IMG/VR virus record: IMGVR_UViG_3300017917_003607
Coordinates: 47,692-111,691 of that record
Reading direction: 5' to 3' (one strand)
DNA: 64,000 nt
Source of the DNA: a virus
Made by a program: the position numbers and the translations under genes. Below are positions 19,418 to 29,575 of the stretch, in pieces. How positions within the stretch are numbered: position 1 is the stretch's first letter; every line of letters begins with the position of its first letter. A model generated the notes under the pieces. It saw nothing but the letters and a program-made list of their open reading frames with translations. It was not told where the DNA came from and searched no databases.

Positions 19418-19868
19418 AGAACTGTATGATGAGAAATTTGAGATTCCTCAACATATTTTAGAAATTTTAAGAAAGTCTCTCTCAAAATATTCTAATCAAA
19501 GTGTTGAGAATGTAAAAAGAGCTCAAGAACTCTCTGATTCAGGTTTTGCAACTTATCAACAATTAAAAAGAATAAAAAACTGGTTTGAAAATAGTGGGGA
19601 TTCTACAAGTCCTGAATTTCAAATTTTAGGAGGACATTCATTCAAAGGATGGGTTGACCAAACTTTAGACAGCTCTCGAAACGCCAAAAAACTCCCAAAA
19701 AAAATAAAAAGTGATGCGGCGATTTCAAATCAATTTATAAAAACCCACCAAAAAAACACAGACTTAAAAACTGATTTTAGACCTAAACATTCACACACAA
19801 AACATTATTTAGGTCTTACAGAAGAAATTGAACAAATAAATAAATGGTTTAAAAAATTAATATTATGA
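19410..19868 (+). CDS. Hypothetical protein
   Basis: 152-aa ORF overlapping both neighbours (GTG start); KRAQEL...LKRIKNWF...LGG...W pattern. Confidence 0.7.
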   Translation: MNKELYDEKFEIPQHILEILRKSLSKYSNQSVENVKRAQELSDSGFATYQQLKRIKNWFENSGDSTSPEFQILGGHSFKGWVDQTLDSSRNAKKLPKKIKSDAAISNQFIKTHQKNTDLKTDFRPKHSHTKHYLGLTEEIEQINKWFKKLIL

Positions 19869-20167
19869 GTACACAAAATGATAAATTAGACTTTACTCAA
19901 CCTGAGGCAGATAAAAACCAAATGAGTTTTTTTGCCGAACAACAAAGAGCAAAATTGTTTCCAAGAAACGACTATAATAATAAAAATCAATATGGACCTA
20001 CAAATAAAGATGCACTTGCAGATGGTGATTCTTTAGGTAGAGGTACTGGTGGTTTTTTAGATGTTAACAATGAAAAGATTGGAACATCAGATGATATTAT
20101 GGAAAGAATTGATAACATAAAAACAAACAAATACAACAACAAAAACCCTTATACAATCCCACAATAA
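19865..20167 (+). CDS. Hypothetical protein
   Basis: 100-aa ORF with ATGA coupling; DALADGDSLGRGTG segment. Confidence 0.7.
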   Translation: MSTQNDKLDFTQPEADKNQMSFFAEQQRAKLFPRNDYNNKNQYGPTNKDALADGDSLGRGTGGFLDVNNEKIGTSDDIMERIDNIKTNKYNNKNPYTIPQ

Positions 20168-20547
20168 TGAAGTTATTAGAAGCCATAAAAAGTTTTATAA
20201 CAGAAACAGTATCTTTTGATGACCTACAAAGGGCCATCAAAAGTAAAGATGTTATTATTATAACTTATGATGGTGATGAACCAGGTGGAAAAGGATATAG
20301 AACGGTTTATCCAGTATGTTTAGGTCGTTCCCTAAAAGGTAATTTGGTTTTAAGAGCTTACGAACCCGAAGGAGCTTCTCATAGTGTTGCAATAGGAAAA
20401 AAAGTTTTACCTGGTTGGAGATTATTTAGAGTTGATAAAACCTTTACATTTAGAAGAACTGGCGAGACATTTGATACACTACCTTCTGACTACAACCCAA
20501 ATGGTGACAAATTAATGACGACAGTATATATAAATGCAACTATATAA
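20167..20547 (+). CDS. Stand-alone WYL-domain protein
   Basis: IIITY...YRTVYPVCLG...GNLVLRAY...GWRLFRVDK is the WYL signature. Confidence 0.75.
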   Translation: MKLLEAIKSFITETVSFDDLQRAIKSKDVIIITYDGDEPGGKGYRTVYPVCLGRSLKGNLVLRAYEPEGASHSVAIGKKVLPGWRLFRVDKTFTFRRTGETFDTLPSDYNPNGDKLMTTVYINATI

Positions 20548-20553
20548 AAAAAT

Positions 20554-21147
20554 ATGAACGATTTAATGAGTAAATTAGCTTTGTCCAAAAAAATTATGGA
20601 CAGACACAATGAAATACCAAGAGGTACAAATGACGCTCCTCTAAAAAACTATTCACAACAAGTAGAATCTTTTGAGCCAATACAGGGAAATTATAATATT
20701 CCAAACGAATTCCTTTCTGAGGAAGTTAGTACAAAAGAAATTAATCAACCGATGACTCAAGATAGGATTATTAATTCTAAACTTCCTGATGAAATAAAAA
20801 AATTAATGATTGAGAACCCAATTGAAAAACCAAGTGTACCAGGATTAAACAACAGTATTTTATCTGAAGAAGTAATACAAGGTGCACAAAAGTTAATGGG
20901 TACATCACCTAAAAAACAACCTCAAGGACAATCTCAAGGACAAAATGTCCCTGGTATTGATATGAATATGTTAAAAACTATGATAAGAGACACTGTGAGA
21001 GATACAGTTAGAGATGTTGTGAGAGAAGAACTTTCTAAATCAGGTATGATTACAGAAAGCGAATCTAGAGCAAATGATATGCTACAACTTAAAGTTGGAA
21101 AACATGTATTTGAAGGAAAAGTAACGAAAATAAAAAAAATTCAATAG
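20554..21147 (+). CDS. Hypothetical protein
   Basis: 197-aa ORF in operon; NSKLPDEIKKLMIENPI and IRDTVRDTVRDVVREE repeats. Confidence 0.7.
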   Translation: MNDLMSKLALSKKIMDRHNEIPRGTNDAPLKNYSQQVESFEPIQGNYNIPNEFLSEEVSTKEINQPMTQDRIINSKLPDEIKKLMIENPIEKPSVPGLNNSILSEEVIQGAQKLMGTSPKKQPQGQSQGQNVPGIDMNMLKTMIRDTVRDTVRDVVREELSKSGMITESESRANDMLQLKVGKHVFEGKVTKIKKIQ

Positions 21148-21159
21148 GTTGATTATTCC

Positions 21160-21196
21160 TGTAATATTTCTATATTTTTAGACAAGAAATATTACA
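21160..21196 (+). promoter_or_regulatory. Perfect 12-bp inverted repeat at the head of the glycan operon
   Basis: TGTAATATTTCT-(13 nt)-AGAAATATTACA, ending 1 nt before the ATG at 21198. Confidence 0.6.
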
Positions 21197-21197
21197 T

Positions 21198-22412
21198 ATG
21201 TCCAAATTAAAAATTTTAGTATTACCTTCAGATAGAACAGGCGTTGGTAAATTTAGGTCTTTAGAACCACACATTTTTTTACAAAATGAATATCCCGAAG
21301 ATTTTCACGTGGATATTGATTATAATCCTAACATGGACGATATATCATATTGGACAAAATATGACATCGTTTGTTTTCACAGAAGTTTAAATCCTGATTA
21401 TGACAAGTCGAATACATTAATTCAAGTCTTGAATAGTCTTGGAATTATTACCGTAATGGATTTAGATGACTACTGGTTACCAACTAAGGAACATCCCGCA
21501 CATCACATGGTAGTTCAAAGTAAACTACACGAGAAAATTATTGCAAACTTAAAAGTTTCCAAATACGTAACAACAACTACTGAAATTTTTGCTAATGAGA
21601 TTAAAAAGTTTAACAAAAACGTATTTGTTTTACCAAACGCAATTAATCCAAAAGAACCTCAATTTACCGCAGAAACAAAACCATCGGATAAACTTAGATT
21701 TGGTTGGTTAGGAGGTTCTTCACATTTACATGATATAAACATACTGAAAGGGTGTACAAACGCTTTAGGTGACGACCTTAGAAGTAAATCTCAGTTTTTC
21801 TTGTGTGGATTTGATACACGTGGCACAATGACTGAAATAAATGCACAAACAGGAGAACAAAAACAACGTAACATTCTTCCTCAAGAAACTGTTTGGGCAA
21901 GATATGAAGAAACGTTCACCAATAATTACGAATACACCTCTCCAGAATATAAAGACTACCTTTTAAAATTCAAACAAGAACCTTGGGTTAATGTTGAAAA
22001 TGAATTTTATAATAGAGTTTGGACCGAACCCGTAACTTCTTACGCTAAAAATTATTCTAAGTTTGATGTTTCGTTAGCACCAATTGTCGACCACATCTTC
22101 AACAGAGTTAAATCCCAATTAAAAGTTATTGAAGCTGGTTTTTACAAAAAGGCTATCATCGCCTCAAATGTTGGTCCTTATACAATTGATTTGAAACATT
22201 GCTTACAAAATGGTAACTTTGTAGATGGAAACGCGTTATTAGTTGATGAGAAAAGAAATCATTCTGATTGGACCAAGTACATGAAAAAACTAATACAAAA
22301 TCCAAACATGGCATATGATATGGGTCAAAGGTTATATGAAACTGTTAAAGATAGATATGACTTGAATATTGTTACAAAACACAGGGCTGAATTATATAAA
22401 AGTTTAAAATAA
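21198..22412 (+). CDS. GT-B fold glycosyltransferase
   Basis: GVGKFRSLEP, VMDLDDYW, VLPNAI, FGWLGGSSH, DVSLAP...FNRVKSQLKVIEAG, IASNVGPY. Confidence 0.85.
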   Translation: MSKLKILVLPSDRTGVGKFRSLEPHIFLQNEYPEDFHVDIDYNPNMDDISYWTKYDIVCFHRSLNPDYDKSNTLIQVLNSLGIITVMDLDDYWLPTKEHPAHHMVVQSKLHEKIIANLKVSKYVTTTTEIFANEIKKFNKNVFVLPNAINPKEPQFTAETKPSDKLRFGWLGGSSHLHDINILKGCTNALGDDLRSKSQFFLCGFDTRGTMTEINAQTGEQKQRNILPQETVWARYEETFTNNYEYTSPEYKDYLLKFKQEPWVNVENEFYNRVWTEPVTSYAKNYSKFDVSLAPIVDHIFNRVKSQLKVIEAGFYKKAIIASNVGPYTIDLKHCLQNGNFVDGNALLVDEKRNHSDWTKYMKKLIQNPNMAYDMGQRLYETVKDRYDLNIVTKHRAELYKSLK

Positions 22413-23122
22413 TGTTACCATACCCAAAAACAAAATTATTATTTTTTGATTTGGAAACAGTTGGAGAGTTTCCAAACTTGTCTGAATTGGCAAAAAACAA
22501 ACCAGGTCTATACAAAATGTTTGTTAAGTATAAAGATTGGTTTATTAAAAAATTTCCTGAAGACAAAGACAAAACAATCGATGAAATATACGAAACAAGA
22601 GCGGCTTTAGTTCCTGAGTTTGCAAAGATTGTCGTTGCTAGTTTTGCATTTATAAACCAAGATGGAAAAATACAAAAACAAACTTACGCAATGGACGATG
22701 AAAAAGAACTAATCCGTAATGTGATAAAACTTTTAAACAAAGTTAACAAACTTAATTTCTTCTTATGTGGACATAACATTAAGGGATTTGATATACCAAT
22801 GTTATATAAAAGAATGATGATTAATGGATTTCAACCAGCATCAATTTTACCAACCGCAGATACAAAACCATGGGACATTAAAGCTATGGACACCAAAGAA
22901 TTTTGGAATGGTACAAACCCTTTTACAATAGCACAACTTGAGTTAATATCTATGGCGATGGATTGTACTTCATCTAAAGAAGGTCCTGTTACAGGTGGCG
23001 TTGTACATCAGGCTTATTGGGATGGTGGTATATTGGATAAAATTGCGGAATATTGTGAACAAGACGTACAAGCTTTAGTAGATTTAATAAACAAATTTGA
23101 TAATTTAGAATATGTTCAATAA
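22412..23122 (+). CDS. PolB-like DEDD 3'-5' exonuclease
   Basis: FFDLET, CGHNIKGFDIP, EYCEQDV (ExoI/II/III). Confidence 0.85.
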   Translation: MLPYPKTKLLFFDLETVGEFPNLSELAKNKPGLYKMFVKYKDWFIKKFPEDKDKTIDEIYETRAALVPEFAKIVVASFAFINQDGKIQKQTYAMDDEKELIRNVIKLLNKVNKLNFFLCGHNIKGFDIPMLYKRMMINGFQPASILPTADTKPWDIKAMDTKEFWNGTNPFTIAQLELISMAMDCTSSKEGPVTGGVVHQAYWDGGILDKIAEYCEQDVQALVDLINKFDNLEYVQ

Positions 23123-23708
23123 ATTAAAAGAAATAAATAAAATGATGTCTATGGTAAAAGAGATATCAGAAAATCCTGAAGGATTTAAAAACAACGATGA
23201 AATTTTCAAACATTTAGGTATTGATAAAGATTTTATTGAGAACGAATTAGGTAAACACTTTGTAAAATCTGTCGAGTTAAAATTTACAAAAATAACAGAG
23301 GATGCCGTTGTTCCAAAGTATAATTACGAGAGTGACTCAGGATTTGACTTACACTCAATTGAAAGAGTTGTTTTACCTCCCTTTGGTAGAGCCCTTGTTA
23401 AAACTGGTTTAAAATTTTCTCTACCTTTAGGTTATGAATTACAAGTAAGACCGAAAAGTGGATTGGCCCTTAAACAAGGTTTGACCGTTTTGAACACACC
23501 AGGAACGGTAGACCAAGGATACACTGGAGAAATAATGGTTATTGTTTTTAATACAAACAATTCTGAGTTTGTAATTGAAAAGGGTATGAAAATTGCACAG
23601 GGTGTGTTATGTCCCGTAGCTTCAGGAAGAAATGTGCTTTTACATGAGGTTGTTGAAATAAACGAAAAAGAAAGAGGAGAAAATGGATTCGGTTCAACAG
23701 GAATTTAA
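23112..23708 (+). CDS. dut: Trimeric dUTPase with N-terminal extension
   Basis: SGFDL, QVRPKSGLA, NTPGTVDQGYTGEI, IAQ, RGENGFGSTG. Confidence 0.95.
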   Translation: MFNKLKEINKMMSMVKEISENPEGFKNNDEIFKHLGIDKDFIENELGKHFVKSVELKFTKITEDAVVPKYNYESDSGFDLHSIERVVLPPFGRALVKTGLKFSLPLGYELQVRPKSGLALKQGLTVLNTPGTVDQGYTGEIMVIVFNTNNSEFVIEKGMKIAQGVLCPVASGRNVLLHEVVEINEKERGENGFGSTGI

Positions 23709-24084
23709 TATAAGTCCCGTATTACCCAACGGTGTTAAAAATTATCTAATTGATATCGATGGGACAATAACGGAAGATGTACCAAATGAAGAGCCAGAAC
23801 GAATGGTCACATGTTTACCATATAAAGGCTCGATAGAAATGATAAACACTTGGTATAACGAAGGAAATATTATCACTTTTTTTACATCAAGAACAAATGA
23901 ACATGAAGTGGTTACTAAACAGTGGTTAGATAAACACGGGTTTAAGTATCACAATTTACTATTTAACAAACCACGTGGTGGAAATTATCATTGGATTGAT
24001 AATCACATTGTTAGAGCAACTCGTTATGACGGTAAGTGGAGTGAATTAGTAAAAAAAGAACACACAATAGAAGTATTTGAATAA
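23683..24084 (+). CDS. Small HAD-family phosphatase (capsule-biosynthesis type)
   Basis: LIDIDGTI, FFTSR, WLDKHGFKYHNLLFNKPRGG, WIDN. Confidence 0.8.
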   Translation: MDSVQQEFNISPVLPNGVKNYLIDIDGTITEDVPNEEPERMVTCLPYKGSIEMINTWYNEGNIITFFTSRTNEHEVVTKQWLDKHGFKYHNLLFNKPRGGNYHWIDNHIVRATRYDGKWSELVKKEHTIEVFE

Positions 24085-25724
24085 TGATAACAATTGGATA
24101 TAGTACAAGAAAATCAAATCCAACACTGCAAGAATATTTAAAAAAGTCTTGTGGTCACCCAAAGGTACAAATAATAGAAAAGGTCAATCCTGATGGACGT
24201 TCCTTAACAGAAGTTTACAATGAAATACTAAAAGAATCTCAAACAGATGTTGTGGTTTTATGTCACGATGATATATATTTTGAAAAAAATGGTTGGGGTA
24301 ATTATTTATTAAATCATTTTAAGAAAACAGAATATGGTATTTTAGGTGTTGCTGGTTCAACACACGTACCAAAATCAGGTATGTGGTGGGAAGACCGAAG
24401 AAAAATGGTTGGGATAGTAAATCACGAACACGAAGGAAAAAAATGGGAATCAAAATATTCAAATAGTTTGGGTAAATCAGTACAACCAACGGTAATTGTG
24501 GATGGACTTTTTTTGGTAATCAACAAACAAAGAATTAAACATAATTTTGATGAAAATGTGAAAGGTTTTCACATGTATGATGTTGATTTTTGTTTTAGAA
24601 ATTTTTTAGACGGTGTTGGAGTTGGGGTAATATACGATGTAAGAATTACACATAAATCTATTGGTATGACTAATGAAGAATGGGATAATAATAGAAAACA
24701 ATTCTCTGAAAAATTTAGTTCATCTCTACCTGTAAAAATCAAAAAAACAGTAGACAGTAAATTAAATATTTTATTATCCTGTTTGAATTTTAGAACATTT
24801 ACTGGTTCGGAGGTTTATGTATATGAACTTGCAAAAAACCTAGTTCAAAGAGGACACAACGTAAGTGTTTTATCTGAAATTGGGGGTCCTTTGACGGACA
24901 TGGCAAGAAAAAACAACATAAAATGCTTTTCATTCAAAGAACCTCCAGGATTTAAAAGGGGTGATGGTGTATGGTCATTACAGACACCAAACGGCACACA
25001 GGTGTCACAGGAAGACGCATTGTATAAAATATCGGAAACAAACTTTGATATAATACATGTACAACACGAACCAGTTACCAATTTAATATTACAATTATAT
25101 CCAAACGAAGAAAAAATCGCAACAATACATTCTGAAGTTATTGATTTAGAAAAACCAATAGTTAATGACACTATAAAAAAATACATATCAATAAGACCTG
25201 AAATTAAAAAACACATTGTTGATTTTTACGATATTCCAAGTGAAAAAGTGGAAATAATTTACAATCCTGTTGACGAAAAAAGATTTAAACCATCAAATAA
25301 ACCTTCTAAAAATTATTTGTTATTTGTTGGTACAATAGATTATTTGAGGGAAAATACAATAAGAGATTTAGTAGAATATACGAAAAAAAATTCATTGGAA
25401 CTTTATATTGTTGGGGAAAACAAGTCAGATTATTTGGATGAACTTAAACAAAATAATCATGTTAAGTGGTTTCCACCAACTTGGAATACTGAAAAATATA
25501 TTTTGGATGCAAAGGAAACCGCTGGTATATTATTAGGTAGAACAACAATTGAAAGTTGGATGTGCGGTAAAAATTCTTGGATTTACAACGTAGATAAATC
25601 TGGATACATTTTGAGTAAGGAGTTATTTGAACCCCCAAAAGATATTAATAAATTTTACGCTTCCTCAGTTTGTGATAAAATAATTGAAAGTTATATAACA
25701 GTAATAAATGAAACTATTAATTAA
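24084..25724 (+). CDS. Bifunctional glycosyltransferase (GT-A + GT-B domains)
   Basis: N-half: LCHDD, GVAG, VDGLF, FHMYDVDF. C-half: TGSEVYVYELA, TIHSE, IIYNPVDEKRF. Confidence 0.85.
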   Translation: MITIGYSTRKSNPTLQEYLKKSCGHPKVQIIEKVNPDGRSLTEVYNEILKESQTDVVVLCHDDIYFEKNGWGNYLLNHFKKTEYGILGVAGSTHVPKSGMWWEDRRKMVGIVNHEHEGKKWESKYSNSLGKSVQPTVIVDGLFLVINKQRIKHNFDENVKGFHMYDVDFCFRNFLDGVGVGVIYDVRITHKSIGMTNEEWDNNRKQFSEKFSSSLPVKIKKTVDSKLNILLSCLNFRTFTGSEVYVYELAKNLVQRGHNVSVLSEIGGPLTDMARKNNIKCFSFKEPPGFKRGDGVWSLQTPNGTQVSQEDALYKISETNFDIIHVQHEPVTNLILQLYPNEEKIATIHSEVIDLEKPIVNDTIKKYISIRPEIKKHIVDFYDIPSEKVEIIYNPVDEKRFKPSNKPSKNYLLFVGTIDYLRENTIRDLVEYTKKNSLELYIVGENKSDYLDELKQNNHVKWFPPTWNTEKYILDAKETAGILLGRTTIESWMCGKNSWIYNVDKSGYILSKELFEPPKDINKFYASSVCDKIIESYITVINETIN

Positions 25725-26370
25725 ATTTCCGACCAGGAACAGAAAAGAACAATTTTTTTCTACCTTTAGAAAATATCAAGAATTCATTACTGAATCAACC
25801 ACTATGTTTTCAGTGACAATAGATATTGACGACGTTTCTATGAACAATGACTCGGTAATAAACGAACTTACATCTTACACTAATACTGAGGTTACAATAG
25901 GTTCAAGTACATCAAAAGTAGACGCAATAAATCGTGACATAGACACAACTTTAGATTGGGATATAATTCTTTTAGCGTCAGACGACATGATACCACAAAT
26001 CAAAGGTTTTGACAAAATAATCAATTCATTGATGAGCACAACATATCCCGATACTGACGGTATTCTGTTTTTCAATGACGGATTTAAAGGTAAAGAACTA
26101 AACACACTTTGTATCTTAGGTAAAAAATATTATCAAAGATTTGGTTACATTTACAATCCTGAATATAAATCAACTTGGTGCGATAATGAATTTATGATGG
26201 TTGGGGATTTACTAAATAAACAAACTTACTTTCCTATGGTTATTATTAAACATGAACATCCTGATTGGGGATATGGTAAACACGACGTTATTCATCAAAA
26301 AAATCATAAAGATTTACAGTATGATATGAATTTGTTTAACGAGAGAAAACTTAAAAATTTTTATATATGA
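25708..26370 (+). CDS. GT2-like glycosyltransferase
   Basis: IKFPTRNR, KVDAINRD, LLASDDM (DxD-like), WCDNEF, IKHEH. Confidence 0.75.
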   Translation: MKLLIKFPTRNRKEQFFSTFRKYQEFITESTTMFSVTIDIDDVSMNNDSVINELTSYTNTEVTIGSSTSKVDAINRDIDTTLDWDIILLASDDMIPQIKGFDKIINSLMSTTYPDTDGILFFNDGFKGKELNTLCILGKKYYQRFGYIYNPEYKSTWCDNEFMMVGDLLNKQTYFPMVIIKHEHPDWGYGKHDVIHQKNHKDLQYDMNLFNERKLKNFYI

Positions 26371-27029
26371 AAAAAATAATATCATTTTCTTTATGGGGTG
26401 ATAATCCAAAATACACACAAGGGGCGATAGAAAATGTAAAACTTTCTCAAACCATCTATCCCGATTGGATATGTAGGTTCTACATTGGAGATTCTGTTCC
26501 TGATGAAATAGTTGAAAAATTAAAAGGTTTTGAAAATACAGAGTTGGTGGAAATGGGCGAAGATGGGGATTGGACTGGAATGTTTTGGAGGTTTTTTCCT
26601 GCATCTGAAGAGGATGTTGATGTTTTTATTGTTAGAGATACCGATTCAAGACTAAGTTATAGAGAAAAAGAGGCGGTAGATGAATGGTTAGAATCCGACA
26701 AAGGATTACACATTATGAGGGACCATCCATTTCACAATAGTTTAATAATGGGTGGAATGTGGGGAATGAAAAAAGGAACTTTTCCAAAAATGAAAGAACT
26801 AATCAAAATTTATAAAGGTGGTAATTTTTGGCAGGTTGACCAAAATTTTTTAAATGTGTTTGTCTACCCTTTATGTAAAAACAATAGTATGGTACACGAC
26901 GAGTTTATGTCGTTTGAAAGTTGGAAAAAACCATTTCCAACTAAAAGAAAAGAATTAGAATTTGTTGGTGATGTATTTGATGAGTATAATGAAAGACATC
27001 CCGAATATTATAAATCAATAAAAAATTAA
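26367..27029 (+). CDS. Putative GT-A fold glycosyltransferase
   Basis: ISFSLWG...Y..GA..N, GMFWRF, VRDTDSR (DxD), HIMRDHPFH, MGGMWG, DQNFL. Confidence 0.7.
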   Translation: MKKIISFSLWGDNPKYTQGAIENVKLSQTIYPDWICRFYIGDSVPDEIVEKLKGFENTELVEMGEDGDWTGMFWRFFPASEEDVDVFIVRDTDSRLSYREKEAVDEWLESDKGLHIMRDHPFHNSLIMGGMWGMKKGTFPKMKELIKIYKGGNFWQVDQNFLNVFVYPLCKNNSMVHDEFMSFESWKKPFPTKRKELEFVGDVFDEYNERHPEYYKSIKN

Positions 27030-27032
27030 AAA

Positions 27033-27647
27033 ATGTTTAATAGTCAACAATCAGAAGATAAAATTTTATTTGAAAAATACCTAAATTATAAAGATGGTTT
27101 TTTTATAGAATTGGGTGCCATGAATGGAATAACGTACTCAAATACTCTTTTTTTTGAAAAGGTATTGAATTGGACTGGTATTTTAATTGAGCCGACAAAT
27201 CAGTATGAATCTTTAGTTTTGAATAGACCAAATTGTTTTAATTTTAATTTGGCGGTCTCTAAAAAAAGCGGTGAAGTAGAATTTGTCGGTAATCATGCAT
27301 TAGGTGGTATTAAAGACACGATGGATGATAAACATTTTTATGGTTGGGGACTCAATGAGGGACACACATATAAAGTTCAGTCCAAACCAATGTATGAAAT
27401 AATTGATGAAGTAAGAAGTAAAATAAAAATAGACAAGATTGATTTGTTATCTTTAGATGTGGAGGGTGGTGAATTAGAAGTATTGGAAACTTACAATTGG
27501 GAAATACCGACAATATTCATACTAATTGAATTAGATGGGCATAATTCTGAAAAGGACGAAAATTGTAGAAAACTACTTAGAGAAAAAAACTTTAGTTTCA
27601 TGGAAAATATTGGAATTAATGAACTTTGGAAAAACAATAATTTTTAA
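27033..27647 (+). CDS. FkbM-family SAM methyltransferase
   Basis: SQQSED, FFIELGAMNG...SNT, WTGILIEP, IDLLSLDVEGGE. Confidence 0.88.
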   Translation: MFNSQQSEDKILFEKYLNYKDGFFIELGAMNGITYSNTLFFEKVLNWTGILIEPTNQYESLVLNRPNCFNFNLAVSKKSGEVEFVGNHALGGIKDTMDDKHFYGWGLNEGHTYKVQSKPMYEIIDEVRSKIKIDKIDLLSLDVEGGELEVLETYNWEIPTIFILIELDGHNSEKDENCRKLLREKNFSFMENIGINELWKNNNF

Positions 27648-27649
27648 TT

Positions 27650-28324
27650 ATGGAAGAAAAAAACGATAACTTTTCACTTACAGTTTTAATTTGTGCGCAC
27701 AGTACAAACAAAGACTATGACAATCTTCTTGTTAGGTCTTTGGAGTCCTTAGAAAACCAAACATATAAAAACTTCAAATCCCTAATTGTGTTGGACGATT
27801 GTTGGTCCGAAACAAAAGAAACCATAAGTAAATTCGCTGATACTTTGAATTTGAAAATAGTTGAAAAAAAAGAAAGGTCAGGATTGTCATTTGCCAAAAA
27901 TTTGGGTCTTAGTTTTATTGATACCGAGTATGTTTGTTTTTTAGATGCCGACGATTTATACTGTGAAGAAAAGCTTGAAAGACAAGTAAAATATATGACA
28001 AAAAATAAATCGGTAGATTTTTTAGGGACTCAAACTTGGGTTATTTATAATAATAATGAAGAAAAAAAAGATGAAAGTTGTTTCCGTATTGGTCAATATG
28101 AAACACATGAGGAAATCTTAAATAGAATCACCGATGAAAATGTTCTAACTCATGGGTCTATGATGATTAGAAAAAAATGTATAGATGAGTTAGGTGGGTA
28201 CCAAAATGTTAAGGGTATGGAGGATTGGGATTTATGGAAAAGAGCGTTTGAGAAGGGATTTAAATTTTATCAAATACAAGAGAGATTATATGTCTACAGA
28301 ATAGGTAGTAGTACCGTAAGATAA
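27650..28324 (+). CDS. GT2 glycosyltransferase
   Basis: SLENQTY, IVLDD, GLSFAKNLG, CFLDADD, EDWDLW. Confidence 0.9.
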   Translation: MEEKNDNFSLTVLICAHSTNKDYDNLLVRSLESLENQTYKNFKSLIVLDDCWSETKETISKFADTLNLKIVEKKERSGLSFAKNLGLSFIDTEYVCFLDADDLYCEEKLERQVKYMTKNKSVDFLGTQTWVIYNNNEEKKDESCFRIGQYETHEEILNRITDENVLTHGSMMIRKKCIDELGGYQNVKGMEDWDLWKRAFEKGFKFYQIQERLYVYRIGSSTVR

Positions 28325-28346
28325 AAAAATTTAATATAATAAGATT

Positions 28347-29159
28347 ATGAATTTTATATCAACAAATCATATGGGAGGTATATGTAACGTAATGTTTAAA
28401 TTGTCAGCAACAATAAGTTTGGCAATAGATAATGAAGTTGATTATATATTTTCTACCGAATTTTTAAGACCAATAAGTAATGAATGTCCAAAACCTGGAT
28501 ACGACCCAGACTATAGTGTATATAGTGACAATTTATTGCGTAACATTCGTTTTATAGATAAATTACCCACACCGTACAGGACACACAAAGAACCAATTAG
28601 TTTTAATTACCAACCAATAGAATACAATAAAGGTGAAAATTTATTATTGGAGGGGTATTTTCAAAGCGAAAAATATTTTATAAATAACAAAGATTATATT
28701 GTGGATTTATTTAAACCGACAGAAGATATTAAACAAACAATATTAAAATCTATACCTAATATTAATCAATCTGTTTCTATCCATATAAGGAGAGGTGATT
28801 ATTTAAACACTCCTGATTATCATCCACAACAATCTTTAGATTACTACATGAAGTCCATTGAATTGATTGGAACAAATAAAAACTATTTGATTTTTAGTGA
28901 TGATTTAAATGGGGTTAGGCCTATGTTTGATTTTTTACCTAACAAACAATTTATAAGTTTAGGTAAAGATTATTTAGATTTATACGCTATTAGTATGTGT
29001 GAACATAATATTATTTGTAATAGTACTTTTGGTTGGTGGGGAGCGTATTTGAATGAAAATTCTGAAAAAAAAGTAATTGGTCCAAACAATTGGTTTGGTC
29101 CTTCGGCCAGACATTTAAACTCATGTGACATACTACCAGTAGATTGGATAAAAATGTAA
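28347..29159 (+). CDS. GT11 alpha-1,2-fucosyltransferase-like glycosyltransferase
   Basis: GGICNVMF, GYFQSEKYF, SIHIRRGDY, IFSDD, IICNSTFGWWGAYL. Confidence 0.9.
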   Translation: MNFISTNHMGGICNVMFKLSATISLAIDNEVDYIFSTEFLRPISNECPKPGYDPDYSVYSDNLLRNIRFIDKLPTPYRTHKEPISFNYQPIEYNKGENLLLEGYFQSEKYFINNKDYIVDLFKPTEDIKQTILKSIPNINQSVSIHIRRGDYLNTPDYHPQQSLDYYMKSIELIGTNKNYLIFSDDLNGVRPMFDFLPNKQFISLGKDYLDLYAISMCEHNIICNSTFGWWGAYLNENSEKKVIGPNNWFGPSARHLNSCDILPVDWIKM

Positions 29160-29164
29160 AAAAA

Positions 29165-29575
29165 ATGAAAAAAATATATTCAAAAATAGATGAATCAAAA
29201 CTTCTACATATGATTGTAAGGAAGGATGAAATTTTACCAGGTCGAGAAGATATAGTATCCGAAGAAAACTTTATTCAGTGCTCAAGATTAAATCTTAATA
29301 AAGGAACTACATTTAAACCTCACAGACATATTTGGAAATTAAGAGAAAGGAACGTAATTGCTCAAGAAAGTTGGGTTGTAATACAAGGTAGTGTAAAATG
29401 CATTTTCTATGACACCGATAATTCAATACTCACAACTGAAATTCTTGAGGTTGGAGATGCGTCTTTTACTTTAGAGGGGGGTCATAATTATGAAATATTA
29501 CAAGATAACACTCTTGTATATGAATATAAAACAGGTCCATATGAAGGACAAGAATTAGACAAAATATTTATATGA
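29165..29575 (+). CDS. Cupin-fold (WbuC-like) sugar-modifying protein
   Basis: KPHRH, QESWVVIQG, GGHNY, YEYKTGPY. Confidence 0.75.
   Translation: MKKIYSKIDESKLLHMIVRKDEILPGREDIVSEENFIQCSRLNLNKGTTFKPHRHIWKLRERNVIAQESWVVIQGSVKCIFYDTDNSILTTEILEVGDASFTLEGGHNYEILQDNTLVYEYKTGPYEGQELDKIFI

Noticed and set aside
29565-29571. TATTTAT box inside the glycan operon
   Set aside because: It abuts the ATG with no spacing and is explained by the Ile-Phe-Ile codons ending the previous gene, so it is likely chance.
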